DNA of 64,000 bases from Candidatus Parcubacteria bacterium (GCA_003599755.1 QZJO01000013.1:27729-91728); one strand, 5' to 3'. Shown: positions 36,946 to 46,170, counted from the stretch's first letter. Numbers and translations are program-made. The notes: generated from the letters alone by a model not told the origin.

Positions 36946-37143
36946 CCAAAAATATTTTTCATTGCGTAGGCCGGCTTTCGCAGCGGTTATCCACACCGGT
37001 TCTCTGGCGGACGAGGTCTATAATAAAAATCTCTCAATCGATTCGTCGTCTTTCTTATTCATAGAGGTCTGTTCCGTTCGGTCGCGTAGTTCGCAAGGCC
37101 CCCCGTCGAGGCCTTTCGGCTCCCCGCAGGAACGCATACGTCC

Positions 37144-39909
37144 ATGCCCGACGCAACGCTCACGCCCGGGGTCGCAACCCAAAAGAAAGTCGCGCTTCCT
37201 ATTGCGCGGTTGTTCTCGGCGCCCGGCCGCCATCCGTTCGATGAAGTGGAATGGGAAAAGCGTCCGGTCGTCATTCGGGGCATGAATGGCGTGACGCACG
37301 AAGAAGAAGGCGAGTTTCCGGTATTTTGGTCGGTCAACGCTTCCAATATAACCGGCTCGAAGTATTTTCGCGGGAAAATCGGCACGCCGACGCGCGAAAA
37401 TTCAGTCAAGCAGATGATCAGCCGCGTCGTGCGCGTCGCGCGCGAGTGGGGATTGCAGTTCGGACATTTCGATACCGAAACCGAAGCCAATACCTTTGCC
37501 GACGAGCTGACGCATATCCTTTTGTTCCAGAAGGCCTCGTTCAATTCGCCGGTGTGGTTCAACGTCGGCGTTGAAACCAAGCCCCAGTGTTCGGCCTGCT
37601 TCATCCTTTCGGTGGAAGATGACATGCGCTCGATCATGGATTGGATCTATACCGAGGCTATGATTTTCAAAGGAGGATCGGGCGCGGGCGTGAATCTATC
37701 GCCGTTGCGTTCATCGCACGAGAAATTGACGCAAGGCGGCCGCGCTTCCGGACCCGTATCATTTATGCGCGGCGCTGATTCGATCGCCGGCATGATCGCG
37801 TCAGGCGGCTCGACGCGCCGCGCGGCAAAGATGGTCGTGCTCAATGCCGATCACCCGGATATCATGTCCTACGTGCGTTCAAAAGCCGACGAGGAAAAGA
37901 AAGTGCGCGCGCTCATGGCGGCGGGCTACGACATGCAGGATTTGAACAACGACGGCTGGAAGTCCATCCAATACCAGAACGCGAACAACTCCGTGCGCGT
38001 AACCGATGAATTCATGCGCGCGGCCGAAACTGATAGTACGTGGCAGACCCGTTATATCATGACAGGCGAAGTTGCCGGAGAGATGAAGGCGCGAGAGCTC
38101 CTGCGCGCGATCGCCGAGGCGTCATGGGAATGCGGCGATCCGGGATTGCAGTACGACACGACGATCAACCGCTGGAACACCGCAGCCAACACCGGGCGTA
38201 TCAACGCGACGAATCCGTGCGCAGAATACATTCACCTCGACAACTCGGCCTGCAACCTCGCGTCTATTAATCTGATAAAGTTTTTGGGCGATGACGATTC
38301 GTTCCGCGTGGAGGATTTCATGCACACGGTACGGATCATGATTCTCGCCCAGGAGATCTTGGTCGGCGGCTCGTCCTATCCCACGCCGAAAATCGAGAAA
38401 AATGCCCATGATTTTCGCGAATTGGGCTTAGGTTACGCGAATCTTGGCGCATTTATGATGGCGTTGGGCGTGCCCTATGACTCGGCCGAAGGTCAGGCGA
38501 TCGCCGGCGGCATCACCGCGCTCATGACCGGCGAGGCCTACCGTTATTCGGCCGTGATCGCCGCGCGCATGGGACCGTTCGCCGGATTCGCGGTCAATCG
38601 CGAGCCGATGACCCGAGTGCTCCGCATGCATCGCGACGCGCTCTCGACCATCGCGCGCGATAAACTGTTCGATCCGCGCATCTACGACCAAGCCGTGCAA
38701 TCCTGGAACGAAGCGGTGCGCCTCGGCGAAACGTACGGCGTGCGCAATTCGCAGGTCACGGTTATCGCGCCGACCGGCACGATCTCGTTCATGATGGATT
38801 GCGATACCACGGGCGTGGAGCCGGATTTTTCGCTCGTCAAAACCAAGAACTTGGTGGGCGGTGGGGTAATGAAAATCGTCAATCGCACCGTACCCCGCGC
38901 GCTCCGGCGCCTCGGCTACGACGAAGTCCAGATCAACGACATCATCGCGCACATCGAGGCGAAAGGAACGGTCGAAGGCGCGCCGCATATTCAGAACGAG
39001 CACTTGGCGGTATTCGATTGCGCGGTCAAACCGGCCAACGGCACGCGCTCGATCGCGTGGCAGGGCCATGTGCGAGTCGTCGCCGCGGTACAGCCGTTTA
39101 TTTCGGGCGGCATCTCGAAGACCTTCAACATGCCGTATGAGACGACGGTCGAAGAGATTATGGAGGCCTATATCATGGCCTGGAAACTCGGCATCAAATG
39201 TTTCGCGGTGTATCGCGACGGATCGAAAGCCGCCCAGCCGCTGGTCACGTCGAGCGGCAAAGGCGGCGCGCGCGAGGACGCCAAGCAAGTTGAGATGCCG
39301 TTCGCACCCATGCGCCGCCGCATGCCCGCGACCCGCGCGTCCGAGACGCATAAGTTCGTCGTCGCCGGCCACGAGGGCTACATGACTTATAGCGTCCACC
39401 CTGACGACGGCCTTGCCGAAATTTTCATCCGCATGGCCAAACAGGGCTCGACCCTCGCGGGACTCTTGGACTCGTTCGCGATCATGGTATCGGTTTCGCT
39501 CCAGTACGGTGTGCCGTTGAAAGACCTCGTGCGCCGCTTCGCCTACACGCGTTTCGAGCCGGCCGGCTTTACCGAAAACGCCGACATCCAAGTAGCGACC
39601 TCGATCGTGGACTATATCTTCCGGTATTTGGGCCAGCGCTTCCTTTCGCCCGATGAGCTGGCGGAGCTTGGTATCAACGCGTCGAGCGCCGTGCTCGCGC
39701 CTCTGACGAATCGCGCGGCAGCCGCTCCCATGGAGGGCGAGCTGGAACCGACCCAGCCGGTCAGAATCGAGGCCACGAAAGCCATCAAAATCGAGGAAAC
39801 AGTGACCATATACGCCGACTCGGTCTGCCGGAATTGCGGGGGAATGCTGGTTCAGACCGGGGCCTGCAAGACCTGCCGCTCCTGCGGCGTCTCGACCGGC
39901 GGGTGCTAG
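37144..39909 (+). CDS. nrdJ: Adenosylcobalamin-dependent (class II) ribonucleotide reductase
   Basis: NPCAEYIHLDNSACNLASINL (class II active-site Cys region), and C-terminal zinc ribbon CRNCGG…CKTCRSCG. 921 aa. Confidence 0.85.
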   Translation: MPDATLTPGVATQKKVALPIARLFSAPGRHPFDEVEWEKRPVVIRGMNGVTHEEEGEFPVFWSVNASNITGSKYFRGKIGTPTRENSVKQMISRVVRVAREWGLQFGHFDTETEANTFADELTHILLFQKASFNSPVWFNVGVETKPQCSACFILSVEDDMRSIMDWIYTEAMIFKGGSGAGVNLSPLRSSHEKLTQGGRASGPVSFMRGADSIAGMIASGGSTRRAAKMVVLNADHPDIMSYVRSKADEEKKVRALMAAGYDMQDLNNDGWKSIQYQNANNSVRVTDEFMRAAETDSTWQTRYIMTGEVAGEMKARELLRAIAEASWECGDPGLQYDTTINRWNTAANTGRINATNPCAEYIHLDNSACNLASINLIKFLGDDDSFRVEDFMHTVRIMILAQEILVGGSSYPTPKIEKNAHDFRELGLGYANLGAFMMALGVPYDSAEGQAIAGGITALMTGEAYRYSAVIAARMGPFAGFAVNREPMTRVLRMHRDALSTIARDKLFDPRIYDQAVQSWNEAVRLGETYGVRNSQVTVIAPTGTISFMMDCDTTGVEPDFSLVKTKNLVGGGVMKIVNRTVPRALRRLGYDEVQINDIIAHIEAKGTVEGAPHIQNEHLAVFDCAVKPANGTRSIAWQGHVRVVAAVQPFISGGISKTFNMPYETTVEEIMEAYIMAWKLGIKCFAVYRDGSKAAQPLVTSSGKGGAREDAKQVEMPFAPMRRRMPATRASETHKFVVAGHEGYMTYSVHPDDGLAEIFIRMAKQGSTLAGLLDSFAIMVSVSLQYGVPLKDLVRRFAYTRFEPAGFTENADIQVATSIVDYIFRYLGQRFLSPDELAELGINASSAVLAPLTNRAAAAPMEGELEPTQPVRIEATKAIKIEETVTIYADSVCRNCGGMLVQTGACKTCRSCGVSTGGC

Positions 39910-40168
39910 ATCGCTCGCATCCCGGAAAAATCTCAGCCGTTCTGCGAACGCCGTTGCCTCGGATGCTTCGCAATGCGAATCAGGAAAATTTCAACTCGAC
40001 CGCGCCGAAGACGCGGGACTCGGACAAGAAAATTTTCCTTGCATTGCTCGCGTCCTCGGCACGGCGTTTGTCGCATCTCGGCAATGTAATTTTTACGGAA
40101 TACTCACTTGGCATTTCCCTGCGGTAGGGCCCTTGCGGGGCCCTCGGTCCTGTTATGATAACCGCATT

Positions 40169-40717
40169 ATGCTGCTTATATTCACTGGCAATGGAAAAGG
40201 AAAAACCACGGCCGCGCTCGGGCAGGCGCTGCGTTCGGTTGGCGAAGGCAAACGAGTATTGATGGTGCAGTTTATTAAAGGGCCGTGGAAGTCGGGCGAA
40301 GATGACATTGAGATCGTTATCAAAGGAAATCCTTCGACAAGCTCGGGATCACCAACCTTTCGGTTGGTGAAGATGGGCAAAGGCTTTGTCGGCATTCTCA
40401 ACGACAAACTGCCGCGTGAAGAACATGAACGAGCCGCAGCCGAGGCGTTGATTTATGCGCGGCAAGAGGCGGAGTCCGGAAAATGGAACATGATTATTCT
40501 TGACGAGGTAAACAATGCGGTTGCCCTTGATCTTATAAGGAAGGAAGACGTGCTCGCATTCGTAGATAGCGCATTGCCGAAGCTGGAGCACATTATTTTG
40601 ACTGGCCGCGATGCGCCGCAAACATTCATCGAGCGAGCGGACTTGGTGACGGAGATGCGCGATGTGAAGCATCCCTATGAGCAGGGGATCAAAGCCAAGA
40701 GAGGATTGGAATATTGA
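40169..40717 (+). CDS. cobO: Cob(I)yrinic acid a,c-diamide / corrinoid adenosyltransferase (CobO/BtuR/CobA family)
   Basis: MLLIFTGNGKGKTTAALGQALRSVGEGKRVLMVQFIKG… P-loop typical of CobA/BtuR. An upstream alternative start is at 40133. Confidence 0.8.
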   Translation: MLLIFTGNGKGKTTAALGQALRSVGEGKRVLMVQFIKGPWKSGEDDIEIVIKGNPSTSSGSPTFRLVKMGKGFVGILNDKLPREEHERAAAEALIYARQEAESGKWNMIILDEVNNAVALDLIRKEDVLAFVDSALPKLEHIILTGRDAPQTFIERADLVTEMRDVKHPYEQGIKAKRGLEY

Positions 40718-42252
40718 TGAGTAAGTCGCGGATATTTTTCTGGCTCAACATCGCATTCATCGCCGGCATCGCCGCCGCATCCTACTTTTTCGTATCACTC
40801 ACCGTTGTGTGGGCGGTTTTTATATTCGGCGTTATCGCTACCGTATCCGCGCTGCGTCGGCACGGAGTGCGGCAACCGGCACTTGTCGCTGGCGCGTGCT
40901 GCATTACGGCGGCGTTCGGGATGTTTTGGTTTCTCTGGCGTGGCGCGGCGGATTTACCGTTGGAATCCACGGTCGGCGCACCCGCAATCATTGAGGGCGT
41001 GATCGCAGCAGAACCGCGGCGGACCGCGCGGAGCCAGCAGATCGTGATCGAAGAATCAATGACCAACGCGCGGATTCTTATCGGAACGGAGCGGTTCCCC
41101 GAATACGCGTACGGCGACCGTGTCGCGGCGGCGGGCATCGTGAAGCATCCGGAAAACTTTTCCGATGATTTTGATTACGCCGCGTTCCTCGCCAAAGACG
41201 ATATTTACTACACGATGGCGTTTCCGAAAATTACGATACTCGGTACGGGTGCGGCTTCCCCGGTGCGGCATATGCTCTTTAGCATCAAAAACGCTTTTGC
41301 GGCGTCGTTGGAGCGGACATTTCCCGAACCGCATGCCGCATATCTCAAGGGGCTTTTGCTCGGCGAGCGGCAAAGTTTTTCCGAAGAATTGCGCGAGGAT
41401 TTGCGGCGGACGGGCACGGCGCATATCGTGGCGTTGTCGGGATACAATATCGGCATCGTCGCAAGCGGACTCATGGCGCTGCTCCGCTGGCTCTGGGTGC
41501 CGTTCGGTGCCGCGTTTTGGGGCGCGACGTTCGGCATTATCGGTTTCGTGGCATTGACCGGCGCCCAGGCATCGGTGGTGCGCGCGGCGATCATGGGCAC
41601 GCTCGTGCTTGTCGCGGCGCGCGAAGGGCGTCCGTACCATATGCGCAATGCCCTGGCGTTTGCCGCGGCGGCGATGCTTTGGGAGAATCCGAAGCTTTTG
41701 CGGTTCGATGTCGCATTTCAACTTTCGTTCCTGGCGACCGTCGGCGTGGTGTGGGGCTCACCTCTCGTGGCGGCGTGGTTCCGGCGCATCGGGGCGCGTT
41801 TGCATATTTGGCTTCGCGAGCACGGCGTCGTTCGCGAGCAACGCGGCGGCGGATTACGCGAGAGGCGATCCTTGTTTGTCGAAACGCTCGCGACCACGAT
41901 TGCCGCGCAGCTCGCGGTCTCGCCGCTGCTCGTGCTCACATTCGGCGAACTCTCGCTCATCAGCCCGATCGCCAACGCCATGGTCCTTGTGCTCATACCG
42001 TATACCATGGCTCTCGGATTTGTGACGGGACTTGTCGGCATGGTCGCGCCCGTCGCCGCGCTGCCGCTTGGGTGGATGACGCGCGCGCTGACGAGCTATG
42101 AACTCGGCGTTATCGAGGCGCTCGGCGGGATATCGTACGCTGCCATTAACGATCGGCGCGTCGGTATGGCGATCGTGGCCGGCATTGCGCTCGGCATTGC
42201 CGCGGCCCTTGTCTGGCGCCGCATGCGCGCCCGCGCTCTTGTTATTCTATGA
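40714..42252 (+). CDS. comEC: ComEC/Rec2 competence channel, N-terminal part (DUF4131 + ComEC membrane domain)
   Basis: Polytopic membrane protein; the …GERQSFSEELREDLRRTGTAHIVALSGYNIGIV… motif is characteristic of ComEC. Confidence 0.75.
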   Translation: MMSKSRIFFWLNIAFIAGIAAASYFFVSLTVVWAVFIFGVIATVSALRRHGVRQPALVAGACCITAAFGMFWFLWRGAADLPLESTVGAPAIIEGVIAAEPRRTARSQQIVIEESMTNARILIGTERFPEYAYGDRVAAAGIVKHPENFSDDFDYAAFLAKDDIYYTMAFPKITILGTGAASPVRHMLFSIKNAFAASLERTFPEPHAAYLKGLLLGERQSFSEELREDLRRTGTAHIVALSGYNIGIVASGLMALLRWLWVPFGAAFWGATFGIIGFVALTGAQASVVRAAIMGTLVLVAAREGRPYHMRNALAFAAAAMLWENPKLLRFDVAFQLSFLATVGVVWGSPLVAAWFRRIGARLHIWLREHGVVREQRGGGLRERRSLFVETLATTIAAQLAVSPLLVLTFGELSLISPIANAMVLVLIPYTMALGFVTGLVGMVAPVAALPLGWMTRALTSYELGVIEALGGISYAAINDRRVGMAIVAGIALGIAAALVWRRMRARALVIL

Positions 42253-43142
42253 TCACGCGCCTCAACCATTGGCGCTGGCTTGTCGTCGGCGCATTGGGAT
42301 TCGCGGCGCTTGCCGTCTGGTCGGCGGTGTTCGCCTTGGCCGAACGCCAGGATCTTACGCTCACCGTGCTTGATATCGGCCAAGGCGAAGCGCTTTTCAT
42401 CGATGCGGGCAATGGCGTGCAGGTGCTCATCGACGGCGGGCCGAGCGACGCGATTCTGGAAAAACTCGGTACGGCCATGCCGTTTTGGGACCGGACGATC
42501 GAGCTGGTTGTGCTGACGCATCCGCATGCGGACCACGTGAGCGGGCTCGTATCCGTGCTTGATCGGTATCGGGTCGGCATGGTGATCGATTCGGGCGTGG
42601 CGCACGAGATCGCCGATTATGCCGCGTGGCAAGAGCGGATTCGCGATCAGGGCATTGTCCGCCATGTGCCGGTCGCGGGCGAGCGGATCAGAATCGATGC
42701 GGATACGGTTTTTGAAGTGCTCGCGCCGTTGGAAAATTTCGATGGCCGCACGGCCCCGGTGCATGACGCCATGGTGGTACTGCGTTTGGTGGATGCGGGG
42801 GCGACGGCACTGTTGACCGGCGATGCGGAAGCAGATGTCGAGGCGCACATTCTTTCCAGCGGTGGAATCGTTTCCGCGGATTTGTTGAAAGTAGGGCATC
42901 ATGGATCGAAAACTTCGACGAGCGCGCGATTCCTTGAGGCCGTGCGCCCGGCAATGGCGGCGATGTCGCTCGGCGCCGGCAACCGCTACGGCCATCCGCA
43001 TCCGTCCGTGGTGTCTCGCCTTGAAGCGGCGGGCGTTCCGATTTATCGGACCGATCGACGCGGCGACTGCATATTTACGAGTACCGGTGAATCGTTTGCC
43101 GTTCGTTGCGTTCGGGAAAATACATTGCCTGCTATTGAATGA
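42249..43142 (+). CDS. ComEC C-terminal metallo-beta-lactamase domain encoded as a separate, membrane-anchored ORF
   Basis: Start overlaps the upstream stop (ATGA). TM anchor WRWLVVGALGFAALAVW, then LTVLDIGQGEALFID…VLTHPHADHVSGL (HxHxDH) and …GHHGSKTS. Confidence 0.75.
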   Translation: MITRLNHWRWLVVGALGFAALAVWSAVFALAERQDLTLTVLDIGQGEALFIDAGNGVQVLIDGGPSDAILEKLGTAMPFWDRTIELVVLTHPHADHVSGLVSVLDRYRVGMVIDSGVAHEIADYAAWQERIRDQGIVRHVPVAGERIRIDADTVFEVLAPLENFDGRTAPVHDAMVVLRLVDAGATALLTGDAEADVEAHILSSGGIVSADLLKVGHHGSKTSTSARFLEAVRPAMAAMSLGAGNRYGHPHPSVVSRLEAAGVPIYRTDRRGDCIFTSTGESFAVRCVRENTLPAIE

Positions 43143-43172
43143 TTCGGCCCGATCGGCTACGATTGGTCCATT

Positions 43173-44249
43173 ATGAAAGGGCTGAACTTTCCATTGTTCC
43201 CGACGAAGCTCGGCGATCAAAGCCCGCGCTTCGCGCTCGAAGATCCGGTCGAGCGGCGCAAGTACTTCGATCTCAAAGCCGGACCGGAAATCGAGAAGCT
43301 CCGCGAGTATCTCCGAACGGGAACGTTCGTCGGTTTTTTGTTGGGCAAGAAAAATTCCGGCAAAGGAACCTACTCGAAGTTGTTCATGGAAGCGGTCGGG
43401 GGTGAACGCGTGGCGCACCTGTCGGTCGGCGATATCGTGCGCGGCGTGCACAAAGATCTGGCGGACGAAAGCCGTAAGCAAGAGCTTATCAAATTTCTCG
43501 AATCGCGCTATCGCGGATTCATCACTATCGAGGCCGCGCTCGATATTATTCTCGGCCGCGACACGAAAACTTTGCTGCCAACCGAAATCATCATCGCGCT
43601 CGTGGAGCGGGAGATTGATCGCATCGGTCGTAAGGCGATTTTTATCGACGGTTTCCCGCGGAATTTGGACCAGATATCGGCCGCCCTCTATTTCCGCACG
43701 ATCATCGGTTACCGCGATGATCCGGACTTTTTCGTGTTTATCGACCTTCCGGATACGGTTATTGATGCGCGCATGAAGACGCGCGTGGTTTGCCCGAAAT
43801 GCAACATGCCGCGAAGTTTGCAGTTGTTGCGAACCAAAGAAGTCGGATACGACGAAGCGGCTAAGGAATTCTATCTGATCTGCGATAATCCGGCGTGCGG
43901 TTCGAGCGCGCGCATGATCGGCAAGGAAGGGGATGAGCTCGGCATCGAGGCGATCCGCGATCGGGTGGAATTGGATGACAAAATCATGCGTCAACTGCTC
44001 GAATTGAAAGGCGTGCCGAAGATACAGCTCCGCAACACCATTCCCGTCGAGAAAGCGCGCGAAGTCGCGGACGACTATGAGATCACACCGGCTTATCGCT
44101 ACGAATGGGATGCGGCGGCCAAGCAGGTGCGCGTGATTGAAGAGCCATGGGTCATCAACGATGATGATGGCGCGCCGTCGCATAGCTTGCAGGCCGCACC
44201 CGTGGTTATTTCGCTGATCAAGCAGATGACCAAAGTTCTCGGCCTCTGA
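43173..44249 (+). CDS. Adenylate-kinase-family protein with long N- and C-terminal extensions (358 aa) and a zinc LID (CPKC…CDNPAC)
   Basis: P-loop GKKNSGKGTYSKL, IDGFPRNLDQ (the NMP-kinase DGFPR motif), RDDPD and CxxC…CxxC LID. Distinct from the canonical adk after secY. Confidence 0.6.
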   Translation: MKGLNFPLFPTKLGDQSPRFALEDPVERRKYFDLKAGPEIEKLREYLRTGTFVGFLLGKKNSGKGTYSKLFMEAVGGERVAHLSVGDIVRGVHKDLADESRKQELIKFLESRYRGFITIEAALDIILGRDTKTLLPTEIIIALVEREIDRIGRKAIFIDGFPRNLDQISAALYFRTIIGYRDDPDFFVFIDLPDTVIDARMKTRVVCPKCNMPRSLQLLRTKEVGYDEAAKEFYLICDNPACGSSARMIGKEGDELGIEAIRDRVELDDKIMRQLLELKGVPKIQLRNTIPVEKAREVADDYEITPAYRYEWDAAAKQVRVIEEPWVINDDDGAPSHSLQAAPVVISLIKQMTKVLGL

Positions 44250-44251
44250 GC

Positions 44252-44731
44252 ATGGACGCGAAGAACCGGTTTAAAGTGGTCATCACGGCGATCGTCGTTC
44301 GCGACGGTCGCTATTTGATTCTCAAGCGCTCGGCTAAGGAAGAAAAATTTCCGAACCGCTGGACCGTGCCGGGCGGGAAACTGGATACCGACGATTATAT
44401 GCACCGGCCGAAGGACACGCCGGATTACTGGTACAACGTATTGGAAGAAACGTTGCGCCGCGAAGTGCGCGAGGAGGCGGGTATCGAGATCGCAAACATC
44501 CGATACGTTACGTCGCTGGCCGATGCGCCCGAGGGCAAAGATCCTTCGCTCGTGATTTCGTGCCTCGCTGATTACGCGCGTGGCCAGATTGCGCTTTCGG
44601 ACGAGATGAGCGACGCGGCATGGGTGACCCTCGAAGAGGCGAAGCGATTCGATCTGATTGAAGGTATTGGGGAAGAAATTGCGATGGCCGAGGCCATGCG
44701 TAACGGCAGGGCAAAGGGTGAGTGGCGGTGA
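44252..44731 (+). CDS. Nudix hydrolase
   Basis: Nudix box GGKLDTDDYMHRPKD…EETLRREVREEAGIE. 159 aa. Confidence 0.8.
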   Translation: MDAKNRFKVVITAIVVRDGRYLILKRSAKEEKFPNRWTVPGGKLDTDDYMHRPKDTPDYWYNVLEETLRREVREEAGIEIANIRYVTSLADAPEGKDPSLVISCLADYARGQIALSDEMSDAAWVTLEEAKRFDLIEGIGEEIAMAEAMRNGRAKGEWR

Positions 44732-44839
44732 GGATGACCGGTTGACAAGTTACGCATCCGCCGGGTTGACGGCCGGGCGGGTATCCAGCTACGCTCGGAG
44801 CAGCGTAGGGTGGGTTCTAACAATTCGCGGAGGATGCTG

Positions 44840-45223
44840 ATGCCGACAGTCAGCAAGAGTGCAGGCCAGCGGAAGTTGAGGCAGCAGGTCGTGGAAGAGA
44901 TCCGCGCAAAGCTCCTGAAGGATCGGGCGGAGCTGGCCAACGGCCGTGGCGGGATCATGGACGCCGGAGGGGACTTCGGCAAGGATCTCGGCGACCACAG
45001 CGTCGTGAGCCTCTCGCAGGATCTCCTTTTCCAGAAGGCGCAGACGGCGACGGAGCAGATCCGCGCGATCGATGAGACGATCGCGAGGATCGACGACGGG
45101 ACGTTCGGGATCTGCGCGGAGTGCGGAGGGCCGATCCCCGTCAAGCGACTGCAAGCCGTGCGTACGGCGCAGTGCTGCTGCGAGTGCCAGGGGCGTCGCG
45201 AGGGCCTCGCGCGGAGGAGGTAG
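44840..45223 (+). CDS. DksA/TraR-family C4 zinc-finger protein
   Basis: Coiled-coil N-terminus plus C-terminal CAECGGPIPVKRL…CCCECQ zinc finger. GGAGGA sits 5 nt upstream of ATG 44840. Codon style resembles the pyrF block. Confidence 0.65.
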   Translation: MPTVSKSAGQRKLRQQVVEEIRAKLLKDRAELANGRGGIMDAGGDFGKDLGDHSVVSLSQDLLFQKAQTATEQIRAIDETIARIDDGTFGICAECGGPIPVKRLQAVRTAQCCCECQGRREGLARRR

Positions 45224-45304
45224 CGCAGAAGCCGCCCGAAGTACATTTTCGATGCGATAACAGCTGGCTGCCCTACGCCTCCGAGTCCAGCTGCTCGGGG
45301 AATC

Positions 45305-45349
45305 CCGCTGACCGGTCGAGGTAGACGTACCTCAATGGCCGGTCAGCGG
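45305..45349 (+). terminator. Nested hairpin CCGCTGACCGG-[TC GAGGTA GACG TACCTC AATGG]-CCGGTCAGCGG downstream of the DksA-like gene
   Basis: 11-bp outer stem and 6-bp inner stem, about 80 nt after the stop. No clean U-tract, so its function as a terminator is tentative. Confidence 0.3.
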
Positions 45350-45361
45350 ACTTAAATTTAA

Positions 45362-45398
45362 ATTAAAAAATGAACCGGGCGGTGCTCTGCACCGCCCG
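45362..45398 (-). terminator. Intrinsic terminator for the minus-strand hypothetical gene (CCGGGCGGTGC-TCT-GCACCGCCCGG followed by a U-run on the minus strand)
   Basis: Perfect 11-bp GC stem and 3-nt loop. On the minus strand it is followed by TTCATTTTTTAATTT, 20 nt after the stop at 45418. Confidence 0.7.
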
Positions 45399-45417
45399 GA
45401 GGCGAAGGGGTCGGCGT

Positions 45418-45792
45418 TCAGGCCGCCTGCTCGAGCTTTCGGAGAAGCTCTTGGGGTGGCGTGGCCGCGCGAATCTGGACCAGATGGGCTGGAAGGATCT
45501 TGTCGAGGCACTTCTTGATGGTGTTCGTCTCGTTGCGCGCGGCATCGCTGCCGCGCAGAAGCTCGGGCGCGTACATCCCGACCATGAAGCCGTTGCCGGC
45601 CTGGCGGAGGGTTATCCACCCCTCCTTGTAGCCGAAACAGACCGCGATGATCGTGAGGATCTGCGGCGACCGGAGCGGGTGCTCTCGATGCGGTTCGATC
45701 AGGCGTGCGCGCCAGTCGCTGGAGAACGACTCTGCCACCGGGGACTCCCGGAGGCACTCCTCGATCTGTCTCAGGATCTCGAGTTTCTTCAT
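45418..45792 (-). CDS. Hypothetical protein (about 124 aa)
   Basis: ORF MKKLEILRQIEECLRESPVAESF…; start taken at the MKKLEIL Met. No recognisable domain. Confidence 0.4.
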   Translation of the reverse strand: MKKLEILRQIEECLRESPVAESFSSDWRARLIEPHREHPLRSPQILTIIAVCFGYKEGWITLRQAGNGFMVGMYAPELLRGSDAARNETNTIKKCLDKILPAHLVQIRAATPPQELLRKLEQAA

Positions 45793-45883
45793 GCCTCCGT
45801 CACCCCCTTCTGTGCACATTTTGCCGCCACATGACGGCTGCTCACACGTAGCGACTAGTATATAGCTCTTTATTGGGGAAAGT

Positions 45884-45916
45884 CAAGAGCGCCGCGCATC
45901 ATGCGCGGCGCTCTTG
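45884..45916. repeat. Perfect 33-bp palindrome CAAGAGCGCCGCGCAT-C-ATGCGCGGCGCTCTTG
   Basis: 16-bp perfect arms around a single central base. Located between the hypothetical gene's upstream region and the tRNA cluster. Hairpin/terminator or operator candidate. Confidence 0.6.
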
Positions 45917-45931
45917 GTTTGCTTCGCTCAG

Positions 45932-45960
45932 TCGGGCTGCTGGGAATCGAACCCAGTCTA
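45932..45960 (-). pseudogene. tRNA 3' piece (variable loop, T-arm CTGGG-TTCGATT-CCCAG, acceptor 3' strand CAGCCCG, discriminator A) lacking any local 5' partner
   Basis: Hand fold. No sequence able to pair with CAGCCCG exists in the 100 nt upstream on the RNA. The only perfect partner (CGGGCTG) is 230 nt away at 46190..46196. Confidence 0.5.
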
Positions 45961-46085
45961 CGAGTTCCAGGGTGTAGTGTTGCGAGCGTATCCGCTGCGC
46001 GGATTCGTTCTCGCAACACCCGCGCAAACCAAAGACCTTTGCTTTGCGCCCCCTCGCCTCGCTTGCCCCGCACCAATTTCGGCAG

Positions 46086-46156
46086 TCGGGGCGCCGGGAA
46101 TCGAACCCGGTCTACAAGACCCCCAGCCTTGTGTACTGCCGTTATACTACGCCCCG
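46086..46156 (-). tRNA. tRNA-Pro (anticodon GGG), 71 nt, CCA not encoded
   Basis: Hand fold: acceptor CGGGGCG/CGCCCCG, D-arm GTAT-AACGGCA-GTAC, anticodon arm CAAGG-CTGGGGG-TCTTG (G37), variable TAGA, T-arm CCGGG-TTCGATT-CCCGG, discriminator A. Confidence 0.75.
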
Positions 46157-46170
46157 AAATTTGGTGCGGG

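Noticed and set aside
36803-37143. Cobalamin riboswitch upstream of nrdJ or cobO
   Set aside because: I looked for the conserved B12-box-like core and the multi-stem architecture and could not recognise it. Class II (B12-dependent) RNRs are not normally riboswitch-repressed in any case. Left as an unverified negative.
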